This document shows, in pieces, positions 19,330 through 27,526 of a DNA stretch of 31,386 nt (position 1 is the first letter of the stretch; the number at the start of each line of letters is the position of its first letter). The stretch is from an uncultured Phycisphaerales bacterium (GTDB lineage: Bacteria; Planctomycetota; Phycisphaerae; Phycisphaerales; SM1A02): contig CALKEP010000070.1 in NCBI GenBank assembly GCA_938084645.1, positions 1-31,386 of the forward strand, written 5' to 3'. Made by a program: the position numbers and the translations under genes. The notes under the pieces are model-generated. The model ran no database searches and had not been told where the DNA came from. It saw only the letters and a list, made by a program, of their open reading frames with translations.

Positions 19330-19443
19330 GAATCGCCCACGGCGACCACGGACGAGCGAACCGGAGAATCCTGCCCCGGGACCCGGGTGATCGGACTCGT
19401 GATCACCATTTCTGGATCCATGCTTCCATTCTACAGTCCGCCA

Positions 19444-20460
19444 TCAACGCCAACCGGCGCGATCCATCATCCGCACCGCCTGCTTGTTGTTCGCACCGAG
19501 CTTCGCCGCGTTGAGCTGATCGGCCTTGTACGGGCCGAATCCCGCGAGGGTGCTGCTGGTCGGGACCGCTTCGACGACGGGATACTCCTGATTCCCCTCC
19601 GCGAACCGCTGCTGCGCCGGTGTGCTTGCGAGGAACTCGATGAACTTCACCGCGTTCTCCCGGTTCGGCGCCTGCTTCACGACGCCCGCGCCGCAGACGT
19701 TGACGTGGGTGCCACGATCATCCTGGTTGGGGAAGATGACCCGGACCTTCGCCGCCGCCGCACGATCGGCTTCCTTGCCACCGATCATCCGCGCGAGGTA
19801 GTAGTGGTTGACCACCGCGATGTCGCCTTCGCCAGCCGCGACCGCGCGAATCTGGTCGCGATCGCCACCCTGCGGGGTGCGAGCGAGGTTCGCCACGATC
19901 CCACGACACCACTCTTCGGCACCGCTCGCGCCGCGCGCCTCGATCAAGGACGCGACCAATGACTGGTTGTAGATGTTCGAGGAACTGCGAATGAGCACGC
20001 GGCCCTTCCACTCGGGGTCGACGAGATCCTCGTAGTCGAGCGTCAGGTCCGCGGGAACCCGGTCCTTCGAGGCGACGATCACCCGTGCCCGCTTGGTGAG
20101 CCCGAACCAGAGTCCCTCCGGGTGTCGAACGGACGCCGGGATCCGAGCCTCCAGGACCTTCGATCGGGTCGGCTGGAAGACGCCTTGTTCCTCGGCGGTC
20201 CGAAGACGACCCGCATCGACCGTGATGAACACGTCCGCGGGGCTCAGATCGCCCTCCTGCTTGATTCGAGCAAGCAGGGTGTCCGAGTTGCCCTCGATCA
20301 GGTTGACCTTGATCCCGGTCTCGGCCGTGAACCGCTGGATCAGCTCGTCGTCGGTGTCGTAGTGGCGTGCCGAGTACACATTGACCACCTCTTCCGCAGC
20401 GAGTGCGGCCGCGGGTGACAGCACGGACAACGCGAGGGCGAGAAACGTCTTGCAGATCAT
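19444..20460 (-). CDS. futA: Fe3+ ABC transporter substrate-binding protein (FutA/FbpA type)
   Basis: Signal peptide MICKTFLALALS; VYSARHYDTD, ADVFITVDAG, RSSSNIYNQSL, GGDRDQI, iron-ligand NHYY. Confidence 0.93.
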   Translation of the reverse strand: MICKTFLALALSVLSPAAALAAEEVVNVYSARHYDTDDELIQRFTAETGIKVNLIEGNSDTLLARIKQEGDLSPADVFITVDAGRLRTAEEQGVFQPTRSKVLEARIPASVRHPEGLWFGLTKRARVIVASKDRVPADLTLDYEDLVDPEWKGRVLIRSSSNIYNQSLVASLIEARGASGAEEWCRGIVANLARTPQGGDRDQIRAVAAGEGDIAVVNHYYLARMIGGKEADRAAAAKVRVIFPNQDDRGTHVNVCGAGVVKQAPNRENAVKFIEFLASTPAQQRFAEGNQEYPVVEAVPTSSTLAGFGPYKADQLNAAKLGANNKQAVRMMDRAGWR

Positions 20461-20478
20461 TCGGGGACTCCGTTTTAG

Positions 20479-20495
20479 TTGAGACTCATTCTCAA
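20479..20495. promoter_or_regulatory. Fur-box-like operator
   Basis: TTGAGA-CTCAT-TCTCAA inverted repeat (minus strand TTGAGAATGAGTCTCAA), AT-rich, between the futA promoter and its start codon. Confidence 0.8.
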
Positions 20496-20506
20496 TTGGA
20501 TCGAAG

Positions 20507-20535
20507 ATGGTAGCGACCAGGGGTTGCCGGGGCAA
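20507..20535 (-). promoter_or_regulatory. sigma70-type promoter of futA
   Basis: TTGCCC (20535-20530), 17 nt, TACCAT (20512-20507). Confidence 0.6.
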
Positions 20536-20598
20536 TCGGCATCACGACGTAAAAAACCGCGTCGCCGGAGGCGAGCCCGGTACCCTCAAACCTTTCCC

Positions 20599-22407
20599 AT
20601 GACGACCGCCAGGACGATCCCCGAACTCCTCCACGCCGATCCCGCGATGCCGGGCGCTGTGGCCGCGACCCGGCTCGGACGGGACGACCGACCCGAGATC
20701 GGGCTGCGGCGTGCCGATCTGCTTCGTGAGGTCGAACATCTCGCGGCGGAGCTGCATCGCCGCGGGCTCGCGGGCCGGCCGGTACTCATTCCCGAACGCA
20801 ACCGCCTCGAATACGTCGTCGCCTTCCTCGCCTGCCTTCGGGCGGGCTGCATGGCGGTCACCGCGCACCCGCCACGCTCCGGCGGCGGTGGTGAACGACT
20901 CGAGGCGATCGTTCGGAACAGCCGTCCCGCCGCCGTCGTCGCGGGCCCGGACCTGTTCGCCTCCATCGATCGCATCGCGCCGGCCTTGCTCGGCGAGATC
21001 GATCGGATCGTCTACGAAGCGCCCACGGATTCCGGCATCACCGACGACGATTCCTGCCCCGTCGCCACGCCCGATCCAACGATGCCGTGGCCGGATCCTT
21101 CGAGCATCGCCCTGCTCCAGTACACCTCCGGTTCGACCCGCGACCCCGCACCCGTCGCCCTCACCCAGTCGAACCTGCTCGCCAACGGCCGCGCGATGCG
21201 AACGCTCTTCCAACGCGACGGCGTGACGGGTGGCACCGTCTGCTGGATGCCGCTTTATCACGACATGGGACTGATCGGCCTGCTCGTCTCCTCGTTGCTG
21301 GTGAAGGTGCCGATCCACCTCATGGATCCGGAAGCGTTCGCGATGCGCCCGATCCGGTGGCTTCGGGCGGTCTCCAACACCGGTGCGGCCTACAGCGGCG
21401 GCCCCTGCTTCGCCTACGACCTGTGCGTCGACCGGATCCCCGAAGCCGATCGCGCCGAGCTCGATCTCTCCACCTGGCGATTCGCCTTCAACGGCGCCGA
21501 ACCGATCCGCCCCCGATCGCTGCGACGCTTTCAGGCCGCATTCGGTCCCGCCACGGGCTTCGACGGCATGATGCCGTGCTACGGACTCGCCGAACACACG
21601 CTCCTGGTTTCGGTCCGCCCCGAGGATTCGCCGGTGCGGATCCGGATCGCGGATCGCGCGGCGCTCGACGACGGCCGACTCGACGTCCTTCGCACCGTCG
21701 GACTCGACGATTCCACCACGCTCGCGGGGACCGACGAGATCGCGGTCGTCGCCTGCGGCCCGAGTCTGCCCGATCACGAGATCGTCGTCCGGGACCAGGC
21801 ATCCGGCCGACCACTCGACCCGGGCGCCGTTGGTGAGATCACCCTTCGGGGCCCGAGCGTGGCGTCGGGCTATCACGATCGTCCGGATCAGACTTCCGAG
21901 ATCTTCCCCGATCGGATCGAGGGCGACGTGGGGCCGTGGCTCCGGACGGGCGACCTCGGCGCGATGTTCGACGGCGAGCTCCACGTGCTCGGTCGCCTCA
22001 AGGATCTCCTCATCGTCGACGGCCGGAACGTGCATCCCGCGGACGTGGAGGCGACGCTCGAAGGATCCCATCCGATCGCCTCGAAGGGTCGCGCCGCGGT
22101 CTTCGCGCTCGGCGAGGCCGGAGACGATCTCCCCGAGACCGTCGGGGTGGTGCTCGAGATTCCACGCGAGGTCCATCGTTCATGGCGACGGGATCCCGAT
22201 GTCGTCGAAGATGAAGCCATGTCGATCACGAACGCGCTTCGAGCGGGTGCCTCGTCGGTCCACGGCATCCGGCTCGATCGAATCACCTTCGTCGCCCCGG
22301 GTGCCCTGCCCAGGACGACGAGCGGCAAGATCAGGCGGACCGCGGTCCGCACGTCGCTGCTCGCCGGAGAACTCCCCTGCCTCTCGACCGGAGCCGACGC
22401 ATGCTGA
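20599..22407 (+). CDS. Fatty acyl-AMP ligase (FAAL)
   Basis: LLQYTSGST, WMPLYHDMGLIG, FNGAEPI, PCYGLAEHTL followed by an insertion, WLRTGDLG, GRLKDLLIVDGRN, LPRTTSGKIRR. Confidence 0.92.
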   Translation: MTTARTIPELLHADPAMPGAVAATRLGRDDRPEIGLRRADLLREVEHLAAELHRRGLAGRPVLIPERNRLEYVVAFLACLRAGCMAVTAHPPRSGGGGERLEAIVRNSRPAAVVAGPDLFASIDRIAPALLGEIDRIVYEAPTDSGITDDDSCPVATPDPTMPWPDPSSIALLQYTSGSTRDPAPVALTQSNLLANGRAMRTLFQRDGVTGGTVCWMPLYHDMGLIGLLVSSLLVKVPIHLMDPEAFAMRPIRWLRAVSNTGAAYSGGPCFAYDLCVDRIPEADRAELDLSTWRFAFNGAEPIRPRSLRRFQAAFGPATGFDGMMPCYGLAEHTLLVSVRPEDSPVRIRIADRAALDDGRLDVLRTVGLDDSTTLAGTDEIAVVACGPSLPDHEIVVRDQASGRPLDPGAVGEITLRGPSVASGYHDRPDQTSEIFPDRIEGDVGPWLRTGDLGAMFDGELHVLGRLKDLLIVDGRNVHPADVEATLEGSHPIASKGRAAVFALGEAGDDLPETVGVVLEIPREVHRSWRRDPDVVEDEAMSITNALRAGASSVHGIRLDRITFVAPGALPRTTSGKIRRTAVRTSLLAGELPCLSTGADAC

Positions 22408-23672
22408 GCCTGCGTTCCGAGATGAACGGCACCCGGGTCGTCGCGATCGATGAACTCGCCAACCACGGCGCCCGGGGCCGGAACGGAAGACCCGCCCGAT
22501 TCATCGACGATCCTGCACAGGCGGAGGCGATTCTTCACGCATCGACCTCCGATCGGACACGACTCGTCCGCGACTTCTTCGGCGGCGGGATCCTCTTCTC
22601 CGACGGCGAACCCTGGCGGAAACGACGCCGGATCATCCAACCGGCCTTCGCACCTCGAGACGTGGACCACCATCTCGCGGACGTGACGGCGGCGGTCCCG
22701 CACCTGGTCGGACGATTCGAAACCGCGGCACGACTCGACCGCCCCCTCGCGATCAACGACGAGGCGCTTCGATTCACCATGCGGGTCCTCTACCAGGGCG
22801 TCTTCGGCGTGCCCTTCTCCGATGCCGACGACGACGCCATCCCGATGGTGATGGACTACTTCGATGCGGTGGGCGGCATGCTCGCGGCCACGATCTTCCA
22901 GAGTCAGCGGTTCGATGGTTCGTCCATGGCCAGGATCCGGACCGCGGAAACGGCCATGGACGCCGAGATCGATCGTCTCGTCGAAGCACGGTCCGGACTC
23001 GGCGTCGACGCCACGGATCCACGGCTCGACGCGCTGGGACGAATCATCTCCGGCATCGACGACGAGACCGGCGTGCGGGACGAGGCTCGCGCCCTGATGC
23101 TGGCCGGCGCCGAAACCACCTCGAACGCCCTCGGCTTCCTGCTCCTGCTGCTCGCACGCCATCCCGACGTCCGAAACCGCCTCGAAGAAGAGATCGACGA
23201 TCGCACCCGCGACGACGCACCGTTCCTCGACGCGGTGATCCTCGAGACACTCCGACTCTTCCCCACGGTCTGGTTCCAGACGCGGGAAATGACCATTGGA
23301 TGCGAACTGGGAGGCCTCCAGTTCGAAAAGGACGACCTGGCCTTCGTGACCACCGCGCTGATCCACCGCCGCCCCGATCTCTGGCCGGATCCCGACGCCT
23401 TCCGTCCCGATCGATTTCTCGGCGGCGACGACGGCCCCTGGCGACCGCCGCATCGATACGCATTCCTGCCCTTCGGCGGTGGCCGACACCTCTGCCTCGG
23501 ACAACACCTCGCGATGCACGAGATTCGACTCACGACGAAGGCGATCATCGAACGTTTCCGAGTCGACGTGTACGAATCCGCACCTGCGCCGGCCGCGGAG
23601 ATCGGCGTCGTCCTCAAGCCCGCGCGGGACCTTCGCTTCAAGATCTCCGAACGCCTCGGACGTGACCGATGA
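22401..23672 (+). CDS. Cytochrome P450 (copy 1)
   Basis: WRKRRRIIQPAF, I-helix AGAETT, ETLR, PDRF, heme motif FGGGRHLCLG; start overlaps the FAAL stop. Confidence 0.95.
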   Translation: MLSLRSEMNGTRVVAIDELANHGARGRNGRPARFIDDPAQAEAILHASTSDRTRLVRDFFGGGILFSDGEPWRKRRRIIQPAFAPRDVDHHLADVTAAVPHLVGRFETAARLDRPLAINDEALRFTMRVLYQGVFGVPFSDADDDAIPMVMDYFDAVGGMLAATIFQSQRFDGSSMARIRTAETAMDAEIDRLVEARSGLGVDATDPRLDALGRIISGIDDETGVRDEARALMLAGAETTSNALGFLLLLLARHPDVRNRLEEEIDDRTRDDAPFLDAVILETLRLFPTVWFQTREMTIGCELGGLQFEKDDLAFVTTALIHRRPDLWPDPDAFRPDRFLGGDDGPWRPPHRYAFLPFGGGRHLCLGQHLAMHEIRLTTKAIIERFRVDVYESAPAPAAEIGVVLKPARDLRFKISERLGRDR

Positions 23673-24931
23673 GTGACTCGACCGACACGGTCATCGAACG
23701 CATCCTCGAACTCCAGGGATGCGATCCCCGTCCTCACGGTCCATCCCGACGTCTGCTCGTGTCGGATCCGGAGGGCTTCGGCGCGATTCTCCATTCGACG
23801 GCCTTCGAACGGACCGACTTCGTCGGATTGCTCGCGGGGCCCGGCCTGCTCGCCTCGGACGGGGATCGCTGGCGGGCGCGACGCCGGATCGTCCAGCCCG
23901 CCTTCCCGCCGCGCCGACCGGAGGCCCACCTCGAGCACATCGAATGGGCGATGCCCGCCTTCATCGAACGCCTCGAGGACCTCGCTCGCGACCGGCGACC
24001 GACCTGCCTGCTCGAGGAAGTGACGCGGATCGTCGGACGCATCATCTATCGATCCGTCTTCGGCATCGAGATCGATCCGGCCGACCATCGCATCGCCCGA
24101 TTCGAGCCGATGCTGCACGCCGCGGGTGAACTGATGCTCTCGTTGGTGACCCCCAGTGGCCGGGTCGACGGACCGCTCGTCGATCGCGTTCGACGAACCC
24201 GCATCGCGGCCGACGAAGAGATCGACTGGATCCTCGAACGACGACGAACCCGTCCCGTCGAAGGCGTCGATGACGCACTTGGGCGGCTGCTCGCCGCCCG
24301 GGAGGAGGGCCTGATCGACGACGAGGGCATTCGCGACGAAGTCCGCGCCCTCGTGCTCGCCTCGACCGAGACCAGCAGCAACAGCCTCGTCTGGTGCCTC
24401 CGGCTCCTGGCCGGCCGACCGGAGATCCGAGCGACGATCGAACAGGAACTCGACGCGGACGACGAAACGCGACTGGAGGCCGCGATCCTCGAGACGCTGC
24501 GGCTCTACCCACCGGTCTGGAGCAACGAGCGACAGGCGACCGTGGCCATCGAACTCGCGAACCAACAGTGGGCGATCGGGGACCGGGCGGTGCTCTCGGT
24601 GTATCGACTCCACCGCGACCCGGCCCTCTGGCCCGATCCCGATCGATTCGATCCCGATCGGTTCATCGACCCCGAGGGTGGGCCCCGGCGTCCGCCGCAC
24701 CGATTCGCCTATCTCCCCTTCGGGGCCGGTCGCCACCTCTGCGTCGGACGCAATCTCGCGCTGCTGGAGATGAACCGGATCCTTCGCACGATTCTCGGGC
24801 GATTCCGGATCGAATTCGAGGATCCCGACGCGATCGAGCCGATGCTTGGAGTCGTGATTCGCGCCGCGACCCCGATCACCGTGCGGGTCGCCGGACGCGA
24901 TCCCTTGCAGGCTTCTGAACCTCCGGCATGA
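23669..24931 (+). CDS. Cytochrome P450 (copy 2)
   Basis: WRARRRIVQPAF, I-helix ASTETS, ETLR, PDRF, heme motif FGAGRHLCVG; ATGA overlap with copy 1. Confidence 0.95.
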   Translation: MSDSTDTVIERILELQGCDPRPHGPSRRLLVSDPEGFGAILHSTAFERTDFVGLLAGPGLLASDGDRWRARRRIVQPAFPPRRPEAHLEHIEWAMPAFIERLEDLARDRRPTCLLEEVTRIVGRIIYRSVFGIEIDPADHRIARFEPMLHAAGELMLSLVTPSGRVDGPLVDRVRRTRIAADEEIDWILERRRTRPVEGVDDALGRLLAAREEGLIDDEGIRDEVRALVLASTETSSNSLVWCLRLLAGRPEIRATIEQELDADDETRLEAAILETLRLYPPVWSNERQATVAIELANQQWAIGDRAVLSVYRLHRDPALWPDPDRFDPDRFIDPEGGPRRPPHRFAYLPFGAGRHLCVGRNLALLEMNRILRTILGRFRIEFEDPDAIEPMLGVVIRAATPITVRVAGRDPLQASEPPA

Positions 24932-24962
24932 ACCCCCGGAACCGGATCATCCCGTGCCCGGC

Positions 24963-25202
24963 ATGAATCAGACCGACATCGTCGAATGGCTTCGAGACCG
25001 CATCGCCAGGGATCTCCAGTCGGACGCCGGCACCGTCGATCCCGACGCCACCTTCAACCGGCTCGGACTCGACTCGCTCGCGCTGCTGGCGGTGCTCGGG
25101 GATCTCGCCAGCGAACTCGACATCGAGATCGAGACATCGGTCCTCTTCGATCACCCCACGATCACGGCCCTCGCGCTTCATCTCGCCGATCGTTCCGCCT
25201 GA
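24963..25202 (+). CDS. Stand-alone acyl carrier protein
   Basis: 79 aa, acidic; phosphopantetheine site LGLDSL; LFDHPTI motif typical of PKS/FAAL-partner ACPs. Confidence 0.93.
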   Translation: MNQTDIVEWLRDRIARDLQSDAGTVDPDATFNRLGLDSLALLAVLGDLASELDIEIETSVLFDHPTITALALHLADRSA

Positions 25203-26095
25203 TCCGGACCGGACGGAATCGGTCGTCGCAGCCAGCGCTTCTGCCCGATGGACCGGACCCCGTTACGACGCACGATGTTGATGGTGTTGGGTTGGAGCAC
25301 GCCCGCTTCGAATCGGATCGTCTCGATCCCCGCCGCTTCCGCACGCTCGTACATCGCCCAGCTGAGGTCGCCCTGAAGGGGATCGAGTCGGAAACCGGGA
25401 TGCACCGCCTCGCCGTCGACCTCCAGCACCCCGGGCTCGATGATCCGCGTGCTGCAGAACCCGACCACCTGCGCCTCATTGATCGCGACGAGTTGCAGCC
25501 GGGCCTCCGGATCATCCACCCGACGTCGATGGAATCGATCCCGCATCTGGAAGATCTGATGATTGACCGAGCCGCCGATCCATGCGGACCAAGCCGCGGC
25601 GATCGCATCGAGATGGATGGCCTCGACCTGTTCGATCCGGCCCTGGAAGCGGCTCTTGATCCGATTCCCGATGCGACGCCTCGCATCCGCCAGCGAAGCC
25701 TGCATGGTGGCACGGGCGACCTCGTACCGATCGAAGGTCTCGTGCACATCGAAACCCGCGGACCGCAGGAGCGACTCGTGACGCGTCGCGGCGACCGAAC
25801 TCACGCCCGCATCGAGCGCGACGGCACCGCAGTCGCGAGCGGTCTCGACCGCACGTTCGAGCAGCGCGGGGACGACCACGCCCGCGACCTCCTCGTCGCA
25901 GCCGTTGAAATCGAGGTTGACCACGCCCTCGCCGCTGAAATCGAGCATCACCGCGGCGACGATCTCGCCGTCGCTGACCGCGCACCAGGCGATGTCGGCC
26001 CGGTGGCGCCTGAACCAGTTCGGGCAGAGCCGGGCGAGCGCCGGTCGGTCGAGCGGGCCGGTCTCGACGATTTCGAAATGAATTGGGGGCGGCAT
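25178..26095 (-). CDS. Hypothetical protein, probable tandem GNAT-fold acyltransferase
   Basis: Two halves with GNAT-like patterns: WCAVSDGEIVAAV...ALLERAVETARDCG...LLRSAGF and LVAINEAQVVGF...AVHPGFR...AMYERAEAAGIETIRF. The CoA-binding loop motifs are degenerate. Confidence 0.6.
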   Translation of the reverse strand: MPPPIHFEIVETGPLDRPALARLCPNWFRRHRADIAWCAVSDGEIVAAVMLDFSGEGVVNLDFNGCDEEVAGVVVPALLERAVETARDCGAVALDAGVSSVAATRHESLLRSAGFDVHETFDRYEVARATMQASLADARRRIGNRIKSRFQGRIEQVEAIHLDAIAAAWSAWIGGSVNHQIFQMRDRFHRRRVDDPEARLQLVAINEAQVVGFCSTRIIEPGVLEVDGEAVHPGFRLDPLQGDLSWAMYERAEAAGIETIRFEAGVLQPNTINIVRRNGVRSIGQKRWLRRPIPSGPDQAERSAR

Positions 26096-26102
26096 GCGCT
26101 CC

Positions 26103-26112
26103 AGAGTATCGT
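26103..26112. promoter_or_regulatory. Overlapping divergent -10 elements (bidirectional, leaderless)
   Basis: Plus strand: TATCGT (26107-26112), 7 nt, ATG at 26120. Minus strand: TACTCT (26108-26103), 7 nt, ATG at 26095. Confidence 0.55.
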
Positions 26113-26119
26113 CTGAACG

Positions 26120-27457
26120 ATGAAGTCCCCGGCGCTACCCCCGATCCCGCCACTGATATTCCTGGTGACCCCTCGCACCTCGAAGGATCACGTGGACGCC
26201 CGACGCGCGAACATCAGGTTCGCCCGGGTCGTGGCACCGGGTACCGCGTCGCTGGCCGCGACCATCGCGACCGGTGCCTGGCCGGAGATGCACGGCGTGG
26301 TGTCCTCGATGCAGGCCCACCCCGACCGACTCGGCTACCAGGCGTCGACGCCGTCGACCGCCGCGGGCGCTCCGATCTGGACACGGGCCGCACGATCGGG
26401 CCTCACCGTCGGCGTCTGCAACTGGCCCCATCCCACCGACGTGCCGGTGGACACCGGTGAGGGCCGGGTGGAACGCATCGAATCCCGAGCCATCGCCGGC
26501 CTGATCGCCCCCGAGGCCGCGATGATCCCGCCGGGGACGGTCGTTCCCGGCGACCTCGCCGCACCACTTCGAAGCGCCGAGAACCGGACCGACCGATGGA
26601 CGCTGGCGCTCCTCGGACTCGAGACGCTCGCAGATCGACGGCCGGACCTGCTCATCGGCTGGATGCCGGAGTCGTCGGAAGCCACCGATGCCGCGGCGGA
26701 TCGATTCGAGTCGCTTCGGCAGCGACTCTCCGAGGTGCATTCGAGGCCCGCGTCGTTGCTGGTCCTTCGTACGCCGGTGTGCGAGGAATCGATCGACGGG
26801 CAGTCCCGCGGCGGCCCGAGGCCATGCCTCGAGATCACCGGTGACCGGATGCCGACCCACGCGATCCGCCCCCGGATCGACGCCATCGCGCCGATGATCG
26901 CAACCGCGCTCCGGATCGAATCGACGCCGGACGATCGCGTGCCGGGAACGACGCCGGCGTCGATCGCAGCCGGCGGCACGGCCCGCCTCGAGGCCGCCGG
27001 CCTGCCCAAGGCCCTTCGAATCTCGACCTACGACCTGCGACAGCTTGAACACGAGACCTCGAAGCGGATCGGGGCGTCACTCGTCGCACGAGGTCGATCG
27101 GCCGCCGCGAGCCCGTTTCTCATGAGCGCGGTCCAGAGCCAGCACGGGCGCATCGACATCTCCGTGCTCACCCTGCTGCTGGCCGAACACCGCCGCAGAC
27201 TGGGCGACGCCGCGGCGGCACGACTCTTCGAGAGCGTCCGACGCCGCCTTCCGGAATCCGTGTGCCGATGTTTCACGTGCTTTCTGACCGGCGACGGGCC
27301 TGCGTTCATCTCGAGCATGGACGAGACGGCCCGGGCGGCGATCGGACGCTTCGCCGCCGAAACGCTGCTGATCGACCTGCGCCGGCGCCGAGCCTTCGGC
27401 GCCGGCGACCAGACACGCTCCTGGCGAGCCGGAATCGACGCCGCCGATCCGGATTGA
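26120..27457 (+). CDS. Degenerate alkaline-phosphatase-superfamily (nucleotide pyrophosphatase-like) protein with helical C-terminus
   Basis: TIATGAWPEMHGV, IW...G..VGVCNWPH and PPGTVVP resemble the type I phosphodiesterase family. The metal-binding Asp and SDHG motifs are not seen. Confidence 0.55.
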   Translation: MKSPALPPIPPLIFLVTPRTSKDHVDARRANIRFARVVAPGTASLAATIATGAWPEMHGVVSSMQAHPDRLGYQASTPSTAAGAPIWTRAARSGLTVGVCNWPHPTDVPVDTGEGRVERIESRAIAGLIAPEAAMIPPGTVVPGDLAAPLRSAENRTDRWTLALLGLETLADRRPDLLIGWMPESSEATDAAADRFESLRQRLSEVHSRPASLLVLRTPVCEESIDGQSRGGPRPCLEITGDRMPTHAIRPRIDAIAPMIATALRIESTPDDRVPGTTPASIAAGGTARLEAAGLPKALRISTYDLRQLEHETSKRIGASLVARGRSAAASPFLMSAVQSQHGRIDISVLTLLLAEHRRRLGDAAAARLFESVRRRLPESVCRCFTCFLTGDGPAFISSMDETARAAIGRFAAETLLIDLRRRRAFGAGDQTRSWRAGIDAADPD

Positions 27458-27526
27458 TCCCCACGCCGCGCGGTCCCACCGATCGTCCGGTTTCTCACAA
27501 CGCGACGGCACGCTACCCTGCTCTCC

